Positions 23,359-31,077 of a DNA stretch of 42,110 nucleotides are shown here, piece by piece. This stretch comes from a virus, in the IMG/VR virus record IMGVR_UViG_3300048914_000085; one strand, 5' to 3'. How positions within the stretch are numbered: the first letter of the stretch is position 1; each line of letters starts with the position of its first letter. Below the pieces are notes generated by a model. It saw only the letters and a list, made by a program, of their open reading frames with translations. It had not been told where the DNA came from and made no database searches. A program made the position numbers and the translations under genes.

Positions 23359-23678
23359 CAACGCGGCTCCATGTGAATGTGATCGCCCTCGTTGAGGACA
23401 TCGTAACGGGGGTTCAGTTGCCGCAGGCGGCGGTAGTAGTCGCCCAGGGACATCCCGGCGGGCGGGACACTATCACGCGCCATCGGGTTGCCGGCGGCAT
23501 CGCGGCGCATGTGGTAGGAATTGGACACGCCCCCGACTGCGGCGTTGTGGGACGGGGTGCGGAAGGTTGAGGTAATCGTCTCGCCGGGGATGCCGGCAAA
23601 CCTGACCAGTCCGTTAGGGGCGAAAGCCACCGGCAGCGTTGCCGCTGCCGCCTCCCGGAACGCGCATGATGCGGCCAT
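23358..23678 (-). CDS. Peptidase M15 (VanY / D-Ala-D-Ala carboxypeptidase-like) cell-wall hydrolase, probably virion-associated. Start uncertain.
   Basis: FRTPSHNAAVGGVSNSYHMRRDAAGNPMARD ... NEGDHIHMEP fits the H..D / H.H zinc-peptidase pattern. The N-terminal part of track ORF 23358..23849 overlaps the upstream gene and looks non-genuine. Confidence 0.6.
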   Translation of the reverse strand: MAASCAFREAAAATLPVAFAPNGLVRFAGIPGETITSTFRTPSHNAAVGGVSNSYHMRRDAAGNPMARDSVPPAGMSLGDYYRRLRQLNPRYDVLNEGDHIHMEPR

Positions 23679-24345
23679 CAGGGGTGCGGAACGGAGTTCC
23701 CGGCGGAAGGCGTCTGGCCTCCTCGGGCGACGATACCATCCGGGGACCGGATGAGCCTTGCGGAGCGGGGGCCGCACCGCCTGCAAATGGGTTACCCGCG
23801 CCGGTCGGGTTGCCCATCGCATCAGTCGCGAACGCGCCTTGTTCGCCAATCGGGTGCCATGAGATCTTCTGGCTATCCAGCACCTGACCGATGGTCATCA
23901 TCGTGGTGCCGAGCGCGTCAATCGCCTGGTCGGACGGATCGAACTGGGCCAGCTCCTCCGGGGTCCAGCCATTGGCCATGAGAACCGGCGCAGCCTGCTG
24001 GATGAACGCCTTGCGCTGCTCATAGGGCATGGCCTTCATGCGGACCAGCAGCGGCCCGGCGGCCCCGAACTTCTTCTTCGCCAGTTCCCCGGTCGCATCG
24101 CCCGACTTGGCGAGGAACGCGCGGACCTTCATGTAGGTGTCAGGGTCCGTGCTGGCCACGCCTTGGAGCGCTGCCTGATCGCCTTGGACGGCACGGGGAA
24201 GCAGGTCGCTCAACTGCTGATCACGCTGCTGCTGGCGCTGCATCTGCTGCATCTGCATGTCGCGCATGCGATAGGCCTGCGCGTCGTGCATGATGCCGGC
24301 GAGATCGATGGTTTTGGCTTGCAGCGGGATGGATGCGTCGATCAT
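23614..24345 (-). CDS. Putative internal virion protein (243 aa)
   Basis: Gln-rich N-terminus, within the virion operon, coupled at both ends. Confidence 0.45.
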   Translation of the reverse strand: MIDASIPLQAKTIDLAGIMHDAQAYRMRDMQMQQMQRQQQRDQQLSDLLPRAVQGDQAALQGVASTDPDTYMKVRAFLAKSGDATGELAKKKFGAAGPLLVRMKAMPYEQRKAFIQQAAPVLMANGWTPEELAQFDPSDQAIDALGTTMMTIGQVLDSQKISWHPIGEQGAFATDAMGNPTGAGNPFAGGAAPAPQGSSGPRMVSSPEEARRLPPGTPFRTPDGRIMRVPGGGSGNAAGGFRP

Positions 24346-25010
24346 CAGAAGATTCCCGGATTTGCGGCGAAGGCCGACTGAACGCTCGGGGTGAGGCGGG
24401 CGAGGTTGTTACCCCCGCCAAACAGGCCGCTGTTGAACGCCAGCGAGGTCAGGTTGCCGATCCCGCTGTTGATCGCGTTGGCCTGCCCGACATAGCCCGA
24501 GGCCCGCGCATTGCCGGCCTGCATCGCGGCGTCACCGGCATATTGCGCGGCGTCCCGCCCCAACTGGCCCAGCGTGGCGTTGGTCTGTTGTCCCCCGGCG
24601 GCGACCGAGGCGACCCGGTTGAACTGGTCGGTGAAGTCTGACGTGGCCTGACCCTGCCCGTAGCGCTCCAGTGCCTTCGTCGTGCCGCCGCTCATCAGCA
24701 TGCCGCGCGCTGCCGCGCTGCCTTCCACGGCGCGCTGGCCTTCGTTGAAGCGGAACTGATAGCCGGGCGAGGTGGTGTAATCGTACCCCGGCTTGAGCAT
24801 GTCGGACAGTTGCCCGATCGCCTTGCCGCCCGCCTCACGCCACGGTGCAGTATCGGCGCGGGTCTGCTGGTACTGCTGGTTTTGCAATTCCGCCGCGCGG
24901 TCAGCTGCCGCCGCCTGCGTGTTGGCCGCGCTCTTGGCCGCACTTCCGCCGATCACCGAACTGGCGATCCCGCCGACCGCGGCGATGCCGGCTGCTGCTG
25001 CTAGACCCAT
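24345..25010 (-). CDS. Putative internal virion protein (221 aa)
   Basis: Gly/Ala-rich N-terminal hydrophobic segment and the conserved-looking motif PGYQFRFNEGQRAVEGSAAARGMLMSGGTTKALERYGQ. Confidence 0.45.
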   Translation of the reverse strand: MGLAAAAGIAAVGGIASSVIGGSAAKSAANTQAAAADRAAELQNQQYQQTRADTAPWREAGGKAIGQLSDMLKPGYDYTTSPGYQFRFNEGQRAVEGSAAARGMLMSGGTTKALERYGQGQATSDFTDQFNRVASVAAGGQQTNATLGQLGRDAAQYAGDAAMQAGNARASGYVGQANAINSGIGNLTSLAFNSGLFGGGNNLARLTPSVQSAFAANPGIF

Positions 25011-25011
25011 C

Positions 25012-26064
25012 TCAATGCTCCGTCAGTTCGAGGCGGTAGGTTTGCCCGTGTTCAGTCGCGCCCAAACGGCGATACATCGTGCCTAACCGGGGCCCGTCAC
25101 CGCGATTGCCCGATTCCCACACCACTTCGTTGACCCCGCGCGCCTTGAGGCGGGCGAGGGCTTCGCGTTGCAGTTTCATCCCCAGGCCGGGGAACGACGG
25201 GTCGGCGTAGAAGGTGGTGTGCGTGGCCGCCGTGCGTCCCTCGCTCACCAGCGAAGGAGTCACCAGCGTCATCAGGTAACCGAACATCCGCCCATTTGAT
25301 CGGGCGGTGGTGATCTGCATTGCCCCGGCGTCCTCGATCGCCTTGAACAGCGGCCAGTTCTTGGTTTCCCATTCGCGCGGATCTTCGCCGACGACCATGC
25401 AGTGATCCTCGAACAGCTTGCGCCCGTCCCTTCGCCAGGTCTCGCAATCCTCGGTCTGGAAGGTGATCCCGGCGGGCTCCACCGGCCTGCGGGTCGTCAG
25501 TTCGCGCAATTCCGCATGGCGGGCCTGCGCGGTCAGTTTGCCCAACTGCTCGCGGAACGCCACGGCATACCGGACCAGCGCCAGCATATCGCACTGCACG
25601 TTTTCACCCGCGAGACGTTGCCAGTGCGCCCGGTTGAACGGATAGGGCAGGCAATGCTCCCACACCGCCTTGCAGGTTGCTTCCTCGTTCAATGCGTCGA
25701 ACGTGACTTCCAGCGCATTCGTGCGCCTGACCACCTGATCCAGCTTGGCGTCGAGCCGCCGCATGGATGGGCCGGTCAGCGCCGGATCGAACCCGAACGC
25801 CGCAAGGCTTTCCACCACCTCGGCCACCGGCCGGCGCACCACGACAATGCGCGTTTCCGGGGCCATCCGCAGCAGCGTGCGCCAGAACGGCGCGGCGCAG
25901 GTCTCGGAACTCCCGGTATACTCCTGCGACAACCACGACCGCACGTCATCAAGACTGCGCATGTGCCGCAGTTCTTCATGCCCGCACACATGCTCGCGGT
26001 AGGTCAGGAACTTCGCCAGCCATGCCGTGCGGCTGCGGGGCAGCCCCATGACCACGAATGTCAT
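25012..26064 (-). CDS. Two-domain enzyme: N-terminal sulfotransferase-like P-loop domain fused to a C-terminal GNAT acetyltransferase-like domain (350 aa)
   Basis: VVMGLPRSRTAWLAKFL (compare the sulfotransferase 5'-PSB loop PKSGTTWL) and RIVVVRRPVAEVVES (3'-PB-like). C-terminal FYADPSFPGLGMKLQREALARLKARGV resembles GNAT motif A. ATGA overlap upstream and a 1-nt gap downstream. Confidence 0.55.
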   Translation of the reverse strand: MTFVVMGLPRSRTAWLAKFLTYREHVCGHEELRHMRSLDDVRSWLSQEYTGSSETCAAPFWRTLLRMAPETRIVVVRRPVAEVVESLAAFGFDPALTGPSMRRLDAKLDQVVRRTNALEVTFDALNEEATCKAVWEHCLPYPFNRAHWQRLAGENVQCDMLALVRYAVAFREQLGKLTAQARHAELRELTTRRPVEPAGITFQTEDCETWRRDGRKLFEDHCMVVGEDPREWETKNWPLFKAIEDAGAMQITTARSNGRMFGYLMTLVTPSLVSEGRTAATHTTFYADPSFPGLGMKLQREALARLKARGVNEVVWESGNRGDGPRLGTMYRRLGATEHGQTYRLELTEH

Positions 26065-26474
26065 GTCAGCAGGTCAACCGTATCGAGCCGGGTCAGCAGC
26101 GTGGCAAAGGCGGTGGCCAGCGCCTTCAGCCCGTCATCGGTCGCCTGCGCCTCGGCTTGAACATAACTGCCTGAAACGGTCTGCCCGCCGTAAGCCGAAT
26201 AGGACGGTCGCGCTGCCTGGTTCTTGCGCACGAACGGAGCAAGCGCATCATAGGCATCGATCCGCGCGTCGAGCGAATTGACCGCCGTGTTCAGCGCCGA
26301 AATGTCGGTATTGGCCGCATCGATCGCATCGCCCTGGTTGGCAATCGCGGTCTGCGCTGCCTCCAGATCGGCCTGCGTGTCGATGAACGTCGCGATCTTT
26401 TCCAGCACGCGGACAGCGGGTTCGGACAGCCCGAGCTTGTCCTTGAACTCACGGCGCGGGAAATAGTCGGTCAT
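26061..26474 (-). CDS. Coiled-coil protein in the position of the P22 gp26 tail needle/plug (137 aa)
   Basis: Heptad-rich TQADLEAAQTAIANQGDAIDAANTDISALNTAVNSLDARIDAYD. It directly follows the gp10-like gene. Confidence 0.4.
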   Translation of the reverse strand: MTDYFPRREFKDKLGLSEPAVRVLEKIATFIDTQADLEAAQTAIANQGDAIDAANTDISALNTAVNSLDARIDAYDALAPFVRKNQAARPSYSAYGGQTVSGSYVQAEAQATDDGLKALATAFATLLTRLDTVDLLT

Positions 26475-27919
26475 CGCCGCCCCACCTTGTAAACCACCTC
26501 GCCGCCCATCAGCCCGGCGAACACCGGATCGGACACGCTGATTTCCAACACCCAATCCCGCCCCAACCCAAGGTCGAAGAACCGGACCTGCGTGGCGTAT
26601 TCACCGATGGCCCCCAATGGGGCGGTCAGTTCGGAACCGAACGACACCCCGTCACCCGAAACCCGCAGCATCACCAGTGGATCGGTGCCCTGTCCGGTCC
26701 CGTCGAGGCCGACAGCGGTGGCAAAGTCCAGCCACAGTTCCGACAAGACAACCGAGCGCCCGTTCATGCCGAACCGCTGGGTCACGCGGGTGCGGCGGAT
26801 TTCCTGTCCGGCATCGGAATGATAGGCGAGGCTCTGTTCGTAGACCTTGGTCGTCGCATAGTCGGCGACGAGGTGCTTGCCGTAGCACCATGCATGGAAT
26901 TCCGGCCGGTGGCGTTCCTGGTCGCCCGTGTTGCGATTGAGCCACGCCCGTTCGTGCCATTCGCCGGTCTTGAGGTCGTAGGCCCACGACCCTTCATCGG
27001 CGTTCAGGCAGTAGAACGTGCTACCGTCCTCCTGGTAGGTGAACGCGGACAGGTTGGTCGCCGAGCGCGTGAACCGCTCCACCGCCGAGGTCGAAACGCG
27101 GACCAGCGTAAATCCGTTGGAGCGGCGCACGATCCCGCCGCCGTCCTTGTCGTTATCGACCCACCACACCGCATTGTCGGCCCGCAGCGCCGTGTAGGGG
27201 TGGCTGGTGCCCGAGTAGATCACGCCGCCACCGATCCGCTGGAACGGGTTGTCCGCGTCCCCGGAGTCGTACCACACCTCGGCGGAATCAGCGCCGATCA
27301 GCCACAACTGGTCCTCGGTCGGGACCATCGCCTCCACGGTGTCGGGCAGGCTTTCGGCGGTGAAGAAGTTGAGGCCGTCGATGTTGGTCGGGTCGTTCAG
27401 TTCGGAATAGAAGACCTGGCCGTTCTCACCCTGGTAGAGAATGCGCTGATCGAATGACACGCAGAACCGCCCGCGTGGAGCGTCGGCAATTGCCGCGACC
27501 GTCCCCGCAGCGAGATCGAGCGCATAGTACCCGGCCCCGTCACCGATCACGATCACGTCGAGCAGCGAGGCCATGACCACCCGGCCCCGCGCCGAGTTGA
27601 TCTTGCCCCAATTGCGATAAGTGCCGTTGGCATAGATTTCATAGATCCGCCCGGCGGCCACCGCGAACAGGCGATCGTTGTGGACATGCCAGCCCCGGAT
27701 CGGGCCGCGTGGCACGCTGCACAACAGCGAAAGGCCCGGACGACCGCGCAGGGTCCAGCTGTCGCCCTCGCGCTCGGGCTTGATCGGAAACCAGTTGACC
27801 GAGCGTTGCTGGCCGAGCTTGGCCACTTCCCCCTGGCCCGAAGGCCCGACGATCGGGATCGGCGCGCTCTGCCGGTTGGACCGGAGCGCCAGGGCCAGCA
27901 GCGCAGTCTTGGCGAACAT
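26471..27919 (-). CDS. P22 gp10-like packaged-DNA stabilisation / tail hub protein (482 aa)
   Basis: Similar in length to P22 gp10 as I recall it. FTAESLPDTVEAMVPTEDQLWLIGADSAEVWYDSG resembles the gp10 AESQPDGIIGIG...FGSSTIEYF region (compared from memory). Confidence 0.55.
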   Translation of the reverse strand: MFAKTALLALALRSNRQSAPIPIVGPSGQGEVAKLGQQRSVNWFPIKPEREGDSWTLRGRPGLSLLCSVPRGPIRGWHVHNDRLFAVAAGRIYEIYANGTYRNWGKINSARGRVVMASLLDVIVIGDGAGYYALDLAAGTVAAIADAPRGRFCVSFDQRILYQGENGQVFYSELNDPTNIDGLNFFTAESLPDTVEAMVPTEDQLWLIGADSAEVWYDSGDADNPFQRIGGGVIYSGTSHPYTALRADNAVWWVDNDKDGGGIVRRSNGFTLVRVSTSAVERFTRSATNLSAFTYQEDGSTFYCLNADEGSWAYDLKTGEWHERAWLNRNTGDQERHRPEFHAWCYGKHLVADYATTKVYEQSLAYHSDAGQEIRRTRVTQRFGMNGRSVVLSELWLDFATAVGLDGTGQGTDPLVMLRVSGDGVSFGSELTAPLGAIGEYATQVRFFDLGLGRDWVLEISVSDPVFAGLMGGEVVYKVGRR

Positions 27920-28242
27920 CAGAAATAACTCGCCGTACCGGGCGGCATCCGGCTGTCAGCGGTGAGATAGCGCAATTGCGCCATCCCCAGCGCCTTGACC
28001 GAGGGATCGGGATCGAACCCGAAGCGGGCGATAGACCCCCTGCAATACAGCACGAAACTCTCGATCGCGTAGGCCGGGATGTCCTCCAGCGGCCACAGGG
28101 CAACCGACAACTGTTCCAGTTCCCCCTGGCAATTGTCGATCACCGTTTCGAGATAGGCCGCGTCATCGGCGTCGAGCGCATTGCCGCGCCCCTTGATGCC
28201 GAGGTTGGTCGCGAGGTGGTCGCGGAACTGTTCAAGGTTCAT
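27919..28242 (-). CDS. Head-tail adaptor-like protein (107 aa)
   Basis: Lies between the capsid-proximal genes and the gp10-like gene. Helical N-terminus typical of gp6/gp4-type connectors. Confidence 0.4.
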   Translation of the reverse strand: MNLEQFRDHLATNLGIKGRGNALDADDAAYLETVIDNCQGELEQLSVALWPLEDIPAYAIESFVLYCRGSIARFGFDPDPSVKALGMAQLRYLTADSRMPPGTASYF

Positions 28243-28466
28243 GGGGCCACCTTGCGCGGGCGTCCGCGCCTCTTGGGCAGTGAGCCGCCCTTGCGTCCGT
28301 CCCCGTCGTGATCGAGCGGGTGGACCTGTTCAAATTCGATATTGCGGGACAGCCGCGCCACGGCTTCCGGGGGAACTTCGCTCGGCTCGCGCCCATCGAA
28401 CCACACCCCGCACGCATCGATGCCAGTGTGACCGTTGGTGTATTTGCCGATGAACCGGAAGCGCAT
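28239..28466 (-). CDS. Small head-module protein with an AT-hook-like C-terminal tail (75 aa)
   Basis: MRFRFIGKYTNGHTGIDACGVWFDGREPSEV... ends in KRRGRPRKVAP. AGGAAGG SD. Confidence 0.55.
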   Translation of the reverse strand: MRFRFIGKYTNGHTGIDACGVWFDGREPSEVPPEAVARLSRNIEFEQVHPLDHDGDGRKGGSLPKRRGRPRKVAP

Positions 28467-28481
28467 GGCGCGGCCTTCCTG

Positions 28482-28976
28482 TTAGGCCGTACCGACGCCG
28501 CCGCCCACATAGTGGACGATGGCCTTGATCATGCCGGTGCCGCCCGCGTTCGCCGCCGTGTTGCACAGCGCCGTGACGTAGGTTTCCGCGCCGAAAGTCT
28601 TGTACCCGCTGTCCTGGATGATGTTCACGAACGGGTAGAAGATGCCCGCGACCGGCTTGAACATGCTGACGGCATCGCCGTCGAGCGTGCCGAGGTTGCC
28701 GAAGCCATCGGTGTCGGCCAGGTCAACGCCATTGGCTTCCCAGCCAATATCGATGTCCAGCGCCTCGGTGCCGGTGTCGATGTCCGCACCCGTAAACCAG
28801 CCGCCGATGACGGTGGCCCCAGCCGGCAGCTTGCACAGGCGAACGGTATCGCCCGCGGTCAGTGCGGTGGTGATGTTGAAGTAACCCCAGGCCACCCCGA
28901 GGACGCCCTGCGTGTCGGGAAGCGAGGGAACAGGGAAGCTCGCGACGGCGCGCGGGCCAGTGTAGACGGTCGTCAT
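28482..28976 (-). CDS. Possible capsid decoration/accessory protein (164 aa)
   Basis: Immediately downstream of the major capsid gene and its attenuator hairpin. Beta-rich. Confidence 0.35.
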   Translation of the reverse strand: MTTVYTGPRAVASFPVPSLPDTQGVLGVAWGYFNITTALTAGDTVRLCKLPAGATVIGGWFTGADIDTGTEALDIDIGWEANGVDLADTDGFGNLGTLDGDAVSMFKPVAGIFYPFVNIIQDSGYKTFGAETYVTALCNTAANAGGTGMIKAIVHYVGGGVGTA

Positions 28977-28990
28977 GTCGTGAATACCTC

Positions 28991-29018
28991 AAAAAAGGGG
29001 CGGAGCCGAAGCCCCGCC
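28991..29018 (-). terminator. Intrinsic terminator/attenuator directly after the major capsid gene
   Basis: Minus strand: GGCGGGGC-UUCG-GCUCCGCC (8 bp, one G-U pair, UUCG tetraloop), then CC UUUUUU. Confidence 0.65.
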
Positions 29019-29036
29019 TCAGTTGGGGAGAGTGGG

Positions 29037-30173
29037 TTAGCCGATCTCGGCCGAGGTGCCCGAACCGTTCAGGCCGGCGGCATTGGCCGAACCCGTGGTC
29101 GCGAAGAACCCGGTGACCACACCGTGATCCTTGGGGTTGTCGGTGTCGGTCGTGCCTGTGCCGAAGCGGAGCTTGTTGACATTGTAGATGCCATCGACCG
29201 CGACGCCGTACTTGTCGCCGTAGTCGAACTCCTTCGTGCGGGTGCCCCAGCGACGACCCCAGGCAATGCCCAGCGCCTGCGCGCCGCACAGGTACACCGG
29301 GGTGACCTCGGCGGTGCCGCCCGAGCCGATGTTGGCGTAGATCGGCATGTCGTCCACTTCCTTGACGATCGTGCCGTTCCAGTAGATGTCGCCGCCCTCG
29401 AACAGTTTCATCGCCTCGGCCTGGACCACCGTGGATGCCAGGACTTCGGTGTCGATGCTGTCGCGCAGGTTCTTGAACGCATACGGGTTGGCGTAGGCGA
29501 TATAGACGCGCTTGCCGTTGCCGGGGTCGCGCACCGGGCGAATCTTCGGGTTGCAGGTCTTGGCCGCGAGGATCATCGCATCCAGCGCGGTCACGTTGAA
29601 CAGGTCCGCCGTGGTGTCGAGTTGGGCAAGGTCGGCCGAGAGGTCCGAACCACCAGCAGAACCGCCGGCCGAGTAGGCCCCGAACACCGTCCGGTCCTTG
29701 TTGTCCACCAACCACGCGTCACCGATCGCGGCGGTGCGCGCCAGGAACGAAGTCCCGTTGAGCGAGCCGAGCGCGGTGATGATCAGGTCGCGGGTGTCTT
29801 CCTTCGACCAGTCGAGCAGCACCGACTTGGCGGCCTCGCGCAGGTCGATCGCCGAGCGGATTTCTTCCATCTCGGGAATGCGAACCGCGTTGCGGCGCTT
29901 GTTGATGGTGATCGAATGCGACCGCTGGGCCATGTCCTCTTCGTTGCCTTCGAGGACGTTGGAGCCGGTGGTCGCGGCATTGGTCAGCCGGTTGACGAGC
30001 TGGATGTAGATCGTGTCACCCGCGCCCTTGCCCAGCTGGGTCTTGACCTGGATGACCGAGTTTTCCTGCTGCCCCATGACCGAGGCGAAATCAGGGATCT
30101 GGATGTAGGACTTGTAGAAGTCCGCTTCCCACTGCTTGACCTTAAGGGCGGTCGGGACCGTAGTATCGCTCAT
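29037..30173 (-). CDS. Major capsid protein, N4-gp56 / DUF4043-type HK97-fold family (378 aa)
   Basis: KQWEADFYKSYIQIPDFASVMG...GKGAGDTIYIQLVNRL...VLEGNEE pattern. Lies after the scaffold gene. Confidence 0.75.
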   Translation of the reverse strand: MSDTTVPTALKVKQWEADFYKSYIQIPDFASVMGQQENSVIQVKTQLGKGAGDTIYIQLVNRLTNAATTGSNVLEGNEEDMAQRSHSITINKRRNAVRIPEMEEIRSAIDLREAAKSVLLDWSKEDTRDLIITALGSLNGTSFLARTAAIGDAWLVDNKDRTVFGAYSAGGSAGGSDLSADLAQLDTTADLFNVTALDAMILAAKTCNPKIRPVRDPGNGKRVYIAYANPYAFKNLRDSIDTEVLASTVVQAEAMKLFEGGDIYWNGTIVKEVDDMPIYANIGSGGTAEVTPVYLCGAQALGIAWGRRWGTRTKEFDYGDKYGVAVDGIYNVNKLRFGTGTTDTDNPKDHGVVTGFFATTGSANAAGLNGSGTSAEIG

Positions 30174-30230
30174 GGTAAAAATTCCATCTGAGGGACGCCG
30201 GCGTCTTCACGACGCGGGTTCGATTGACTG

Positions 30231-30986
30231 TTAGCTATCCATCGGCAGGCGGAAATCGGGGGCCTGGAACACAGCCCCCCGGTTCGAGACACTGCCATCG
30301 GATGCGGTTGACGTCGGGAACGTGGGCTTGGGGGCTTTCGCCAGCAATTCCGCTTCCCACTTGGCGCGTTCGGCCTTCAGCATTTCGTCGATGCTTCCGA
30401 CGCGGTCCAACTCAAGGGCTTTCTTGCCGGTGTTGTAGGCAAATTCACCCGGATCATTGGATGCGCGCATCTGCTGAACCAACACAGGGTTGACCTGCAC
30501 GGCCTGCCGGAACGCATGGAATGCGTCGTCATAATCGGCATGTTTCGCGCGTGCGGCGGTCTCGCTCACATTGATCCGCTCGACGACCTGCTGTTCCTGG
30601 AACTGCTGCAACAGTTGCTGCCCGAACCGCTGGAACTGGTGTTCCAACGTGGCATTGGGATTGTCCCAAAATTCGGGTGCCGGCTGCTGCGGCTGCTGTT
30701 GGGCCTGCTGGCGCATGGCCTCGAGCTGGACCTCCAGTTCCTGGCGTTTACGCCGTTCATCCTGCAAGGCTTTGACCGGGACGGCGGCTTCGGGTTCCGG
30801 CGCAGGCGGCGCGCTGGCGGCTTCTTCAGCCGGTTTATCGCCCTCTCCCTTCGATGCGAACTTGCCGTCCGGCGCGCGGGGCTGGGCCTCGCGTTCCTCG
30901 GGTTCGTCCACGATAGTCGGTTCGGAAACCAGTTCGGGCCGCACAGGCCCGCTATCCATCGGCAGGATGTCCTCTTCGTCGTCCAT
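30231..30986 (-). CDS. Scaffolding protein (251 aa)
   Basis: Acidic, Gln-rich and helical. Lies between the portal and capsid genes. Confidence 0.65.
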   Translation of the reverse strand: MDDEEDILPMDSGPVRPELVSEPTIVDEPEEREAQPRAPDGKFASKGEGDKPAEEAASAPPAPEPEAAVPVKALQDERRKRQELEVQLEAMRQQAQQQPQQPAPEFWDNPNATLEHQFQRFGQQLLQQFQEQQVVERINVSETAARAKHADYDDAFHAFRQAVQVNPVLVQQMRASNDPGEFAYNTGKKALELDRVGSIDEMLKAERAKWEAELLAKAPKPTFPTSTASDGSVSNRGAVFQAPDFRLPMDS

Positions 30987-31077
30987 GTTGTCCTCACAAG
31001 TCGCCCGTCAAAGTCGGCGGCACTCAAATCGCCCGTTCCCCGGCGGCGGGTCTCCACGGCATCGCGCCGTTGAAAGT

